A stretch of DNA of 64,000 bases from Octopus bimaculoides (GCF_001194135.2 NC_068991.1:22929499-22993498), one strand, 5' to 3'; positions 1 to 12,861 are shown, counted from the first letter of the stretch. A program made the numbers and translations. The notes: generated from the letters alone by a model not told the origin.

Positions 1-590
1 TACATCTACCCCAAGACTCAGCTGGTCCTTATTTTATTGACTCCAAAAGGATGAAAGGCAAAGTCAACCTCAGCAGAAATTGAATTCACAACGTAAAGAA
101 GAAAAAAATGCCACTAAGCATTTTGCCCGGCATGCTAACAATTCTGCCAGCCCACCAATAATAATTCTTTCTACTATAGACACAAGGCCTAAAATTGTGA
201 GGGAGGGGGCTAGTCGATTACATCGACCCCAGTGCATAACTGATACTTATTTGCTTGACCTGGAAAGGATGAAAGGCAAAGTCAACCTCTGCAGAATTTG
301 AACACAGAATGTAAGGACAGACAAAAGGCTGTTAAAACATACTGCCCAGTATGCTAACGATTCTGCCAGCTCACCACCATAATAATAATTATTATTATTA
401 TTATCATTCTTGCAAATTTTTGGCACAAGGTCCAAATTTTGAGAAGAGGAAGTCAATTACATTGACCTCAATGTGCAACTGGTACTAATTTTATCAACCC
501 CAAAAGGATGAAAAGCAAAGTCCACCATGGCAGCATTATAGTAATAATAATCCTTTCTACTAAAGACACAGCATGCTAACAATTCTGTTA
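1..590 (-). mobile_element. Head-to-tail cluster of 3-4 copies of SINE family A (tRNA-like head, (ATT)n tail)
   Basis: Motif 'ggatgaaaggcaaagtcaacctc..agaatttgaac' recurs at ~48, ~266 and (degraded) ~505, each copy preceded by ataataat tails. Same family as 12862-13064. Confidence 0.85.
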
Positions 591-979
591 TTTTCATTGG
601 CATGTATGAGAACGACAACTCAGAGGATGCCTACTCCCCTTAAAGATTTCTCAATGAAGTGTATCTGTATCCTCTCTATTATTTGCTGAGTAACTTACTA
701 CATAAGTAAACATTGGCTGGTATAGAGTAAGAAAAATATTGACAGATTCATTATCCAGATGACAATTAGATGGTTTGTACTGTTGAAAAAATATTAGACA
801 TCTTGTAGTTTTCTCTTTTTACTTGTTCATGTGGATGTACTTTAATGTATAATGTATATCTTGTAAGGTTCTAATTACATATCTTCTATCTTGAAATATT
901 TGGTTGAACAAATAGATTGATCCCAGTTCTTGTTTTTTAAGTCTAGTTCTAATTCACCAATCTATTTCACAAAATCGCT

Positions 980-1380
980 GAGTTATGGAGAGGAGGGTGG
1001 GTAAGCGAGTGGGGGAGTGAGTTGAGGGGAGTGGAGAGGAGAGGGTGAGGATCGTGAGGAATATGGGAGGGTGAGGAGGAGGAAGAGGAGGAGCAGTAAA
1101 GAGGATGAGGGGAGAAGAAAGATGAAGGGGAGGGAGAAGGAAGTAGAGGGGAGGAAGAAGAGGGGAGGAAGAAGAGGGGAGGAAGAAGAGGGGAGGAAGA
1201 AGAGGGGAGGAAGAAGAGGGGAGGAAGAAGAGGGGAGGAAGAAGAGGGGAGGAAGAAGAGGGGAGGAGAGGGAGAAGGAAGAATAAGGGGAGGGAGGGGA
1301 GGAAGAAGGAAGAAGAGAGAAGGAAGAAGAGGGAGGGAAGAAGAGGGAGGGAAGAAGAGGGAGGGAGAAAGAGGAGGAGG
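980..1380. repeat. Polypurine tract containing a 14-bp minisatellite (GAGGGGAGGAAGAA, ~8.5 copies at 1146-1267)
   Basis: Read directly; explains the RKKRGGRRGEEEEG repeat in ORF 1071-1286. Confidence 0.95.
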
Positions 1381-2414
1381 TTGGCAGAAACAGTAGAGCA
1401 TCCAACAAAATGTCTAGCATTATTTTAGTATTATCTTGCAATGTTCTGACTCTACTTGGTCCAACGTGCCTCTCACTACCAACATGGTCAATAGAATTAG
1501 CACCTTGCAAAACATCATTTTTACATAAATTTTCTATGCTTAGAATGGATTAGACAGTTTTGTCATCACAGGGCTTGATTATTTAATCAACTTGACATAT
1601 TCTTAACTAATTTGTCACCTTGAACCAATTTCAGAAATCATTATTATCACTTGTGTTTATTGTAACTGATCCATTAGACATATCAATGATCATCCTGGGA
1701 TTTTTTTTATGCTTAGTAGATATCTATATCTAGTACTGTAATATCCAATATCTTTCCTTTTTTAAGATTAAATAGTGTGATTTGAGGGTAATTTGGCTCA
1801 GATTTCTAACAGGTCAAAGGACCATACAGAAACCCCTTTGCTAACTAAATTAATGAGCTTTTATTTTCATATAACGGCATGAGTTACATGGTTCTGTAAT
1901 GTAATATGCATCTCAATCCTATGTCATGTATGCAAAATCTAATTTTCTAAGGTGTAATCTTCATTATTATTTTTCATCTACCTCAAGCTTATATATCTGC
2001 CAGTAACTGTTAGCATATATCATCCATTCACATTACATGTCCATCCATTACCAGTGATTTTTTTCATCTATAGCTCAACCAATAGAGTGATTCTGATACT
2101 GATACTTTAAAAGAATTGTACCAAACATATTACTTTACTTACAGGAAAACCAGATTATTGCCTACTAAATCTGCAATAAACTGACAAGTGGACATTGGCA
2201 CATAATGGAAATAATAGACATGAAAAGCTAGGCATAATTTTACTTTTTTTATTCTAAGCACCATCAGTGTTTTACAATACTTTACTCTGTTGGCAGAGTT
2301 TGGTCTGTTAGTAGCTGATACATTTTTACTAGTGTTTGCCTATAAACTAAACTTGGCAAATCATGAAATAGAAACAGTAGCAAGTGGCTTTTATTTATTT
2401 TGTTTTTAATTGTA

Positions 2415-2665
2415 TCTTTTTTTTTTTTATTGGTTGTCATTTGGCCCAAATCAGCCATGATTGAGGAGAACCATGATCAGATTCTCCAGCTGTGATCAGC
2501 TTGTGCTGATTTCAGAAATCTTTATTTCAGCATAATATCTTGAAGACTACCAACTTAAAAAAGGAAGGATATTTTGGAATACATTATTCTAATGTACCCT
2601 TCCTGATTCAGGAAGATAGGATATAATTTGAAGGTAATTTGGCTCTATTTCTAACAGGTCAACAA
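2415..2665 (-). mobile_element. Interspersed repeat family C copy
   Basis: Reverse complement of the core 'gacctgctagaaatagcagccaaatctccctcaaatcacacc ... ggtcatggctggaatgcctttgatcataggtctgc ... gggctaaacaacaac'. Confidence 0.7.
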
Positions 2666-3129
2666 ACAATTGCATAAATGTTCCCTCACTGGCTTATATC
2701 TTTTCATTGTTTATTCAACATTGTACACTCTTGTGCAGAGTACTTTTAGCTTTCTTTGATTAGTAATCCAATCTCAGAACTAACGATCATTTAATCAGCT
2801 CTGCAAATGATAATAAAATGATGTTAAGATCACAACAGGTATGTTCCAACCATTACCTTCAACAAAATTAGACATAGCTTACAGTAAACCAAATTACAAG
2901 GAATTAAAAAACTTCTACAACATTTGCAGTACATTTATAAAAACAGAGTAAAGAAAGAAAAACAATGCACAGACTAACTAGGAAATTGAAAGATCCTACA
3001 TATGGTCAACAGGAAGAATAAAAAAAACAATACTAGTATACTAACAATACATTAGATGCCTGTCCTCAACCAAATCTCTTCCAAACAAACCACAATGAAC
3101 TACATATTGAAAACTGCACTTTGCACCAA

Positions 3130-3290
3130 CACAATTTTTTTATCTTTTTATCTTTTATCCAAGGTCTCTGAAGAAGGGAAGAAGTAAAGTATCCTCAAAT
3201 TGTGGCTCTGGCTTCAAATGCGCACAACTGAGTGAACTCCACTAAAGGCCCCAGATATTGCCAGGTGGTAGTGTTAAACTAAGAGATTAT
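3130..3290 (-). mobile_element. Degraded short retroelement with (AAAAGAT)n tail; homologous to 29540-29710 (+)
   Basis: 'gtgaactccactaaaggc' is the reverse complement of 'gcttttagtggagttcac' at ~29571; tail 'ttttatcttttatc'. Confidence 0.55.
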
Positions 3291-3504
3291 ATCTTCCATC
3301 CAAGGATTGGTACTTTTTCATTGACTGGTACTATTCCAAGTATGTTCCATTTTCTTCAAGGCAAAAAGTCAGCTTGCATTAAATTATATCAACTGAACCT
3401 GTTTCCATCATTAACCACAAGGGTCTTTGATCAAAACAGTACAATATGCCTTCATTGTCACAACCAATTGCTAAATAACAACTCGAGACTATACAAAGCA
3501 ACAA

Positions 3505-3725
3505 GAGAGCCTCTATGAGGTTGTTTGACCTACTGCAAATATCAGTTATCAAATATCCCTTCAATTATACCCTACTATTTTAAAAAAGGAAGGACATTTA
3601 ATAATATAGTCCTAGGGGGAAAAATGCTGAATGATCACAGTTGGAATGCTGCTTTTGATCATAAGTCTGCTCAACCAGGGCCAACTGGTGATTAAACAAT
3701 ACTAGCCAAACATTATATGACAACC
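3505..3725 (+). mobile_element. Family C copy
   Basis: 'gagcctctatgaggttgtttgacctactgcaaat ... ttgatcataagtctgctcaaccagggcc'. Confidence 0.75.
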
Positions 3726-3769
3726 AAACACTATTTAACAAAAAAAAATACTATATAGTAACCAAACAC

Positions 3770-3945
3770 TCGTTATCATCTTCATTTAACATCTATTTCA
3801 TACTGGCATAGGTCAGACAGTCTGACAGGATCTGACAAGCTGAAGGGCTGTACTGGGCTTCAGTGTCAGTTTTGGCATGTTTTCTATGGTTGGATGCCCT
3901 TCCTAACACCAACTACCTTACAATGTGTACTGGGTGCCTTTTTTT
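3770..3945 (-). mobile_element. Family R (RTE-tail) short retroelement copy
   Basis: 'catcttcatttaacatc ... ggatgcccttcctaacaccaac' matches 30053-30250. Confidence 0.75.
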
Positions 3946-5569
3946 TTTCTTTGCTTTTTTTTTTCCACTGGCACTAGTAGGTCATCGAGTAGGTTGCAGG
4001 ATAGAAAGCAGTGGAAAAGGGAAAAAGGAAAAAGCCACTAGGAATGGAGATGGAAGGAAGCTTTATGCCAGTTGCTGAGAGGCTAAAGCAAAAAATATTA
4101 TATAATAACCAAATACTAAATAACAGCTAAACAAGATATAACACTACATAGTGTGGAATATTCTAAGAATGACATTCTTAAAAAGGTAAAATTAAGTCTT
4201 TGGTAAACTGTTATCTGGAAAGAAAAGGGGGGGGGGGCAGAATGGTCATGGCAAGGGTGCTTCTGACCATAAATTAACTCAATCAGGCTGACCTAGGGTG
4301 AAACAATAAGAACAGATACAACAAGGTGTTTGGTATATTTTTGATCAGACTAAAATTTGGCATATTCATGATATTGATCAAAACAGGTTTCTGCTCTCAA
4401 GCACACAATCAGCTTATTCTTATACCAGAGACCTATCTCAGCAGAATCAACCAAAGTTCTTTCCATGTCAATGATAGCAACAACATGATTCAAACTGAAA
4501 CTTTTTCTTTTCTTTTTTTTTAAATAAGACACAGAACAGTTATCAATAATCTATAAGTGATTTAATCTCTCACTCTAAAACCACTATTTATCAAAGTATA
4601 AAAACTCTTAAATTGATTACATTTGAACGAAACAATTTTCTGACGACTATTGTCCAAAACAGAGTTCATAAATGGGAAACTAGTAGTGAATAAACTACAA
4701 AAAGCAGATTGAAGTTGATTAGATTAAGTATTTTTGATATTCAAAAGAACAGCAGAAGCCAAAAAAGACTGGTTACAACCAGATAGGAGAACATTACAAC
4801 AGTTCAATTGTTCAACAGTGTAATGTTCAATTCTAAATCAATTGTGATCAAACACTTCATTCTGTTACTATTTCAACTACTACTACTATTATGATCATTA
4901 TCATTTTTATAATTATTAATATTATTATCATTATCATTATTTCATTGTCATTATTTGGCCAAATGCCTGTGTAAGTTTTGAGGCTGAAATGTTAATTCTA
5001 TTAAACATTTCACAGTCCACAGCAGCTGGCAGAAGCATGTAATATATATTTATATGTGTGTGCATGTATGTATTAGAATCTCTGAAGAATTCTCCAAGAT
5101 TCCAACATCAACTACATGTGTGTGTATGTGTGTATACATGTATGTGTGTGTATATATATATGTGTATGCATGTATGTATGTGTGTGTGTATATATATGTG
5201 TGTGTGTATGTGTGTGTGCATGTGCATATATATGTATATAAAACCTCATTCAATATCCTTGTTCCATATTTAAACTTGACCATGCATTTCCATTACTTCA
5301 AGTTTCTTACCAAGTGGCAAACACCAGAAGGTGTGTCAAAACTAAAGACCACTTCCAATATTCAGTATTGCAAATATCAAATATTTCACAGTTGATGCAT
5401 CATTTGATGACTACCATTTGGCATGAAACTTGAAGTAATGGAAGTCAACAATAACTATAATATATATANNNNNNNNNNTATATATATGTATTCACCAGAC
5501 TACCAGCTGCTTTTATACACCATTGGTAACAATGAGCTTTACATGGTTTTAGCTTTTAAATGATGCTAC

Positions 5570-5767
5570 CCTATCAGTTAGGTGGGCAGGCTAACATTCA
5601 CCCAGAATGGAATGCCAGTCCATCACAGGGTTACCCATTTACAGCTGAGCAGACTGAAGCAACATGAAATGATTATTTTTGCTCAAAAGCCCAATGTATC
5701 ATTGGTGTGGTGATCAAAACCATGATCTTGTAATTATGAGTGCAACACCCTAACCACTAGGCCACAG
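5570..5767 (-). mobile_element. tRNA-derived SINE family E (CORE-like centre)
   Basis: Minus strand reads 'gtggcctagtggttagggtgttgcactc ... cagctgtaaatgggtaaccctgtgatggactggc'; head matches 54584-54885. Confidence 0.7.
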
Positions 5768-5768
5768 A

Positions 5769-5805
<37 letters not shown>

Positions 5806-6039
5806 CAAGTAAAGTTTCCGTTGAATCTGGTCTTCAACTCTCAGTTGTAAAAAAATCTGTTGTTTCACTTACAGCATTCCTGTCTTTGAGCAGATTACCC
5901 AGATAGATAGCTGCAATCAAGAAAGGTCAATTAACTGCCTATTTACAGCACCAATATATAGTCAATAAATATACTTTTAACTATATATACACTTTTGTTA
6001 ATGAATGGACACTTTCATGTCCACACCTACTTATAGTAT

Positions 6040-6235
6040 TTAATATGATACAAGTTACTTGACCTGCTAAAAATAGCAACCAAACCTCCCTCAAATCACA
6101 CTCCACAATCTTTAATAAAGAAAAGACACATTAGATAATGTAGTCCTGGACATACAACCAAAAAGCTAGGATGGTCATGGCTGGAATCCTTTTGATCATA
6201 GGTCTGCTTGATTAGAGTTGATCTGGGCTAGGGTC
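6040..6235 (+). mobile_element. Family C copy (further copies at ~4200-4310, 6970-7145, 7995-8155, 9235-9420, 21140-21335, 24500-24760, 35200-35395, 36705-36905, 41625-41795, 44920-45085, 48255-48370, 53375-53510, 53705-53830, 59290-59365)
   Basis: 'gacctgctaaaaatagcaaccaaacctccctcaaatcacac ... ggatggtcatggctggaatccttttgatcataggtctgcttgattagagttgatctgggcta'; core motifs recognisable by eye at each listed position. Confidence 0.8.
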
Positions 6236-8269
6236 CCTGTTGGTCAAGAGTGACCATGCATCTGCACATGTGCAGACTTAGGCCAGATTTATTAGGAAAG
6301 ACTTGCAGTAACCAATTCATGCAAGTCTCCCTTCTCCGTGCCACCAATTTTTATCCAAAAGAAAGGCCACTGACTTAGGCCAATACAACCTGACATCATT
6401 CTTATTACAGGTGTTGCTACTAGAATGTACAAAGCAGAACAAATACTGCAAAATATTTTGCCTGTTCCACGAACAGTTTCACCAATCCACTACTCTGGAT
6501 TGATACTTTCTATAAACCCCAAAATGATGAGAGCGAAGTTGACCTCTCCAGGATTTGAACTCAGAGCACAGTCAAACTAAATATCATGAAGCATCCTATC
6601 TAAAGCTCTATCAACTCTATCCAGATCTGAGTTAAGCCACAACTTAATACAGTAATAATCATTGATGACAGTATATGAACCAATCAGCTAGCATCTAGAA
6701 AGCTTTCTATTCAATCTGTTGAAATCTCTCTTCATCAAGTGAAATTTCTCAGTAAACTATCTCCAGTCTTTAAATTAGAGATTATAAAGTTTCAAGTGAG
6801 AAGATAGACAACCAGAATTTCAAGAAAGTTGACTGCAATAGACAAAATGACTATTCAACTGTTTACCAACATAGAATGATTCTAATTCTGTTCTCACTTA
6901 CAAGGATGCATAGGGCTGATTAGTGTTCATTTTCTGACCTTTGTACCAACACGGATGCATTCATGTGATCCCTCAACTTACTAGGAATAACAATGAAATG
7001 GCTCTCAAACCACATCCACTCTAAAAAAAAGAGAAAGACAATAGATTATGTAGCCCTATGACTACAAAAAAAAATGGGATGGAGAAAGCTGGAAAGCTTT
7101 TGCTCAAAGATTTGCTTGATTAGGATTGACCTAAAGCTAAACAAGTAGAATTTAGAGCTAGGTAGACTAATTTCCCTGACCAAAGTCACACAATGCTTTG
7201 GTTACAAGATATAGACAGCCAGCTAAATTGCCCAGTACCCTGAGGGGAGAAAGTGTTGTTATTTTTTTAACACTTTTTATTCCTGATCAGCTATCTCAAT
7301 AAGCTATACTTGAAATAGGTTGACTCCAGTTTTCATCAACTTTTCATTTGACATAAAAATAAACTACAACAAGCAATACAATTTACAACAGAAGTGAAAT
7401 GTGAAGCAAACTTACAAACAAAATGATAGTGAGTGTGCTCCAGCAAGGCTGTAACCATTTGATATAAACTAACTAAATGAAACTAAACGAAACGTGAAAC
7501 TAAATTCAACAAAAACAAAAATATATTTGCTTCTATAACAACAACATCAATAAGACTACAATTTATTAGTCTAAAGCATCATGCAAGAGAAACAGTTCCG
7601 TTACCATTGCCAGAAATATGCACCAATTTGGACATTTCAACCCAAGGGCAACATATTCAACACCTGTAAGTTAATAGAAAAACCAACCTTTAATTCATTA
7701 CATCATATCAAATTCCTTCAGACGTCTTTTAAAAGAATATATAAAATGCAATCTTGAGAGGCTGATGAGTAGTTCCACAATATTTAAGCAGATGAACAAA
7801 TTTCACTCAGGATAGGGTTCCAGTCTTTATAACAAGTCATAAAACAGTCATGTGTTTCCACAAGTGAGGTAGTGTAAAATATCCTGTACAAAGACACATC
7901 AAAGAGCACACAAAGGATGTGAGCTAAAAACAAAGAAGTTAGTAATCTTAATCTTAGTTTTTCAGCCATTCTAACTTTACAAAAAGATGCCAATGTCAGA
8001 GCCTTTAAGTGTCCACTCAACCTGCTAGAAATAGTAAATAGTCCTCACAAATCACACCCTACCAATCATTAAGAAAGACAGTTTAATGGAATGACAAATT
8101 GAATACATTTGATCATAAGTCAGTTCAATCAGCCATGACCTGAGATCAAAAAACAACCCTTACAAAATAATGTATAAACATTGTCAGAAAACCTGTCACC
8201 TGATTCCAATAGCCAAAATGAACCAAGGCAATGTAAAATTAAATAGTCCACTAATCATTCTATCCTTAC

Positions 8270-8490
8270 AAAATAATAGTTTCTAATTTGAGCACAAGAC
8301 CAGCAATCTTAGGAGGTTATTGGTCAATACCATTAACCCCAGTATTAGAGTGGTATCTTATTTCATCAACCCCACTGATGGATGTGAGACAAAGTTATCC
8401 TTGGTAGTATTTGAACTCAGAAAGAGATGAAAGAAAAACTGCAAAGCAATTTTTTCAACACCTTAATGATTTTCGCCAATCCACCATCCT
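8270..8490 (-). mobile_element. Family A copy, degraded (others at ~6465-6630, 11205-11365, 40565-40655, 48590-48765)
   Basis: 'gagcacaagacc ... tttcatcaacccc ... ggatgtgagacaaagtt ... atttgaactcaga'. Confidence 0.7.
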
Positions 8491-10720
8491 TACAGAAATG
8501 GAATGTGATCATTTCTATCACTGTTTTGTCATACTGGCTTACAATGCATTTACACAAAACATATCCTATCTACAAACTTTTAACATCTTTTAACTATTAG
8601 TTAGTTAGTCTGATGAATAATGGGAGGTGCTGGTTGACACTTTAGTATAGCCTCATGCCAGCCCTGTTTGAGCAATCTTATGGCATGCCAGAAGTCAATA
8701 AAAGAAGAAAAAAAACTAGATGCAATACATAGAGCCTTTTTTTCTTGTTATACCATGTCTCTACTCAGTTGAGGGCAAGACTGCACGCTCCAACAAGCAG
8801 TGATAAATAAGTATAGAGTGCAGTGTGACAGCCCAGAAATGTATTATCTCCACAGTCCAGTTTATTTCTACACACCTGTGGATTCTGCAGCAGCCATGGA
8901 AACGCAGACAAGAGATTCTTTCTAGACTGGTGGAGACAGCTGGCCAAGTAAATAGGACACTAGGTTAAAAATTTATACCCTGTCATCCAACTATTTTATG
9001 GCCTCAAAGCATTAAACTCTCAAAAGCTCAGCAGATCTATGTGCAAGTATGTATCACATTGTTGAAACAACTCACAACTGTAAACACCAATAATAATATA
9101 ACATTGATGTGATTATCATTAACTTCACCTTCAGTGCTGAGTTAAACTCCTCCTGGGGCTTGTACAGCTTGGAGAGAGATAGGTTCCACTGCTAAACTTA
9201 TCTGATCCAGATACAATATATGAAATTGTTGCTATTGTAGTTTAGCTCCAAATCAACCCTAATTGAGTTGATCTTTGATCAAAGACATTTAAGCCATGAT
9301 TATGCTTCTTTTTTCAGGCAGTAGTGTACCCCAGACTATATTATCCAATGTGTCCTTTCTTTTTAAGATGGTATGGTTTGGTTTGTAGGAGATTTTAGTC
9401 ATTATTTCTAGCAACTAAATTTTCCTCAATGATCATGTTTGAGACCCCATCATAGAGCTGAATAGAATCTCAACATTCTTATTGATTATGGGACTTGCCA
9501 CTGAATGGTAAGGCTAACTATTATACAGTCACTGTGATTAATATCCTGTTTGAATTGTAATTGGAATACATGGGTAGACTGGAATACATAGGTGATTAAG
9601 AAGTCCTAGAAGATTGCAGCTCTGAAGAGAAGGATTGAGAAAGAAATATTTACATAAAGGGGTTCAGAGCTGAGATATAATGAGAGAAAAAATGGCAGAA
9701 AGAGAACAGAGGAAAAAGGAGGCGCATAAAAGAGATTTATGTTCAGGCAGTATGCAGTCAGTATGTTCAAAAAACAAAAATCATTGTCATTATAGCAAAA
9801 GAAACAGAAGCACTCAGTGGTTGATTGGTGGAAAATTTAAATCTGAGTAAATGAAATAAATGAATGTGAAAAGGTAGGCGAAATGTCACTGGAAATTAGC
9901 TGCCTGGAATGTTAGAATTTAATCTGAAGGTAGAATGGTCTAATAAGTCTATTAAGTCACTGACTCACTATTTAGATTACCAGCTGCAGTTGACTCATAG
10001 CAAGAGAAGGATATAGACAGATCAGACATGATGAATGAAAATTGGAATGAAAATGAACAAGTTAGAGCTACTGGGTCTTGTGTTCTGGACAGAACAAGTT
10101 CAAACAAGCAAAACAAAAGTAAATATCAAGGGTATTATGGAATTTTAACAACAGATGTTACCTAGAACAAAATGAGTGCAATGTAAGCAGCTACAAAATA
10201 AACCTATAACAGATCAGAAACATATAAAATAAAGAGAAAAAAAAACCTCATAAATTTAATGCGTATTCTTATTGTATCTGAGATTACAATGGATTTAAAG
10301 GAAATACCAGATAAACTAACAAGGATTATCTCGAGGTTTTTTTTTTTTTCACATTTATTCTATCTGTAAGGCCTCATAGTGGGGCAAAGTTACAGAGTGA
10401 GTTATAACGTTTCAGTTAGAGAATATACAGTTTTATAGTATTTCAGCAATGCCTCACATATCCCATATTTTATATCACAATTTCGTTGTACAGTCGGTTA
10501 CAAGGTTTCCAGTGGGCTAATAACACAGCTTCACTGCACTTCTGATGAGAATGACAAGGAAAAGTCCATAAATCCAATGCAAAACAAATATCTCAAAGGA
10601 TTTTGTTTATAAAAGCGTTTATTTTCTTAGCTTTTTCACCACTATTTATATTCTCCACTGAAATACATCAAGAAAACATTATAAACACACATATATAAGC
10701 ATCATATATTATATATTTAT

Positions 10721-10950
10721 GCAGGCATGGCTGTATGGTAGGAGATTTGCTTCTCAAACATATGGCTTTGGATTCAGGGTTCAGTCCCACTGCATGGCAT
10801 CACTGACAAGTGTCTTCTGCTATAGTTCCGTGGCAACCAAAGCTTTATGAATGGATCTGGTAGATGGAAATTGAAAGAACCTAGTATTGTGTGTATATGT
10901 GTGCACACATGCATGTGTGTGTATACAGAAATATGTGTGTGTGTGTGCAC
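10721..10950 (+). mobile_element. tRNA-derived SINE family B, 5' half plus internal microsatellite
   Basis: 'ggctgtatggtaggag ... gggttcagtcccactgcatggcatcactgacaagtgtcttctgctatag ... ggaaattgaaagaacc' followed by (TG/TA)n. Confidence 0.8.
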
Positions 10951-11414
10951 GTTATCCACTATATATTTATACAGATGATTCTTTATGATTTCTATATCAA
11001 CATAAACTAGTTGAAAGGAATATTTCCTTTTAAAGTTTTCTTCATTTTCCAACAGAGGAGAAAAACAGTTTTTGTTTTTTTTCTATTTTGGTATATGAAA
11101 AGCTTAGAGTGAACCAAAAGAGGTTATTGTTATGTGGGTGACATCAGTGAGTTCAAACATCTTGTCTTCAGTGCTGCAGCAGTACTAAAGGCCATAGATT
11201 TTTTTGGTGAAGAATAGCCAATTATATCGATTCTAGTAGTTGACTGGTACTCATTTTATCAACCCTGGAAGAAGGAAATTTGAACTTGGAATATAAAGAT
11301 ACTTAACTAAACATCACAAGGCATTTTGTCCTACAATCTATTGATTCTGCTAATCTACTGCAGTACTAATGTTACTACCCACATATATATAAAGGATCAG
11401 GCATAGTATATAGA

Positions 11415-11557
11415 TGGCTGTGTAATAAGAAGCTTGCTTCCCAACCTTGTTGTCTTGGGCTCAGTCCAAATGCATGGCATCTTAAGCAAATGTCTTCTAC
11501 TATAGCCCTAGGCAAACCAAAACCTTGAGTGGATTGAGTAGACAAACTGAAAGAAGC

Positions 11558-11616
<59 letters not shown>

Positions 11617-11617
11617 C

Positions 11618-11648
<31 letters not shown>

Positions 11649-11880
11649 TGCGTGCATTTGTCTCTTCTTGTCTTGACATTGTGTAGTGTTTATAAAATGA
11701 TTGTCACTGTCATTCTTTTCCAGAATTATGCAAGAATATGTCTGGTCATGGGGAAATATGTTGCTTGGAAGCAAGTGAGGGCATCTGACCATAGAAAAAA
11801 AATCTGCCTCAATAAACTCTATCTGACCTGTGTAATCATGGAAAAGTGGACATTAAAACAATGATTTTTATGATGCACAA
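11415..11880 (+). mobile_element. Family B, full length with 3' module G
   Basis: B head to 'gaaactgaaagaagcctc', (TG)n(TGCG)n at 11561-11655, then 'ttgtctcttcttgtcttgacattg ... ggggaaatatgttgcttggaagcaagtgagggcatc ... atggaaaagtggacattaaaacaatgat'. Confidence 0.8.
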
Positions 11881-12207
11881 CGACTGTGAGGTAACGGTAC
11901 TGAACTACTGACTGGAAAAGAATAATGCAAGCCTTATTACAACCATTATGTTGTTCTTAAATATACACTCTTACATTGCTTTTCTTGATTCAGTTTGTTT
12001 TAACTGAAACTAAGTGCCACTCTCACTAAATAGTTGAATAGTTAGTAATAGGAGAAACAAGTAGACATTAAATATATTGTGCACTATCAAAGTTTATAGA
12101 GTCCTTTGTTCCACCCTAGAAAGGAAAGTAAATGTAGGTAAAAACTAATAATATAATTCATAATTTCTTTGTCTTGATCCTCGGTGACTCCTGACGTAAG
12201 TATAAAA

Positions 12208-12463
12208 CAGTGGTTCTCAACCATTTTTTACCTATGGACTCCTTTAATTCCTATTTTTATTAGGGTGGACCCTCGTGGTCATTTGATGTTTCAAAGAAAC
12301 CTTATTGTATATTCATAATTGAAGATTATTAGGAATTGTACAAAAAATTGTTAAAATATTTTGTGTATTGTGGAAGTATAACCAATTTATTACACATTAA
12401 TTTTAAGAACAAAATCTTATACGAGCCCTTAAGTGTCATACGGACCCTAGTTGAGAACTACTA
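12208..12463. mobile_element. hAT (Charlie-like) MITE
   Basis: TIRs cagtggttctcaac / gttgagaactacta; flanks gtataaaa / gcataaag (8 bp, 6/8 match). A partial inverted copy lies at ~60554-60680. Confidence 0.8.
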
Positions 12464-12861
12464 GCATAAAGGATGAGTAGAACAGCTAGGGTGTCTCAGT
12501 AGGCTGTAGAAAGCAGAGAATGAAACCTAATACATCTAAAACTAGCCATAACAGGTGGAGAAAGGGTGAAAGAGCTTTTTAAAACATACTTAACTTTTTT
12601 AATACTAATTTATCTGATATTGTTCATACTAAAGTGTCTGTATTTAAATTAAAATCTCAAACGAAATCTCATAACACGAAACTTCATTTGTTCAACATTG
12701 AGATAGTATATATATTCCAAGTTAGATATTTATTACTAAACCTCTCATAAATCTTAACTGTACAGAAAAAATAACTGAATACGCAAACAGTATATTCATT
12801 GGGATGTTGTCTTGCAAGGATTAACGATAAGAACAGACATGCCTAATGTAGGAACCTTGAA

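Noticed and set aside
967-1510. Pro/Ser/Leu-rich and Arg/Glu/Gly-rich ORFs
   Set aside because: Translations of the 14-bp purine minisatellite; no coding signal.
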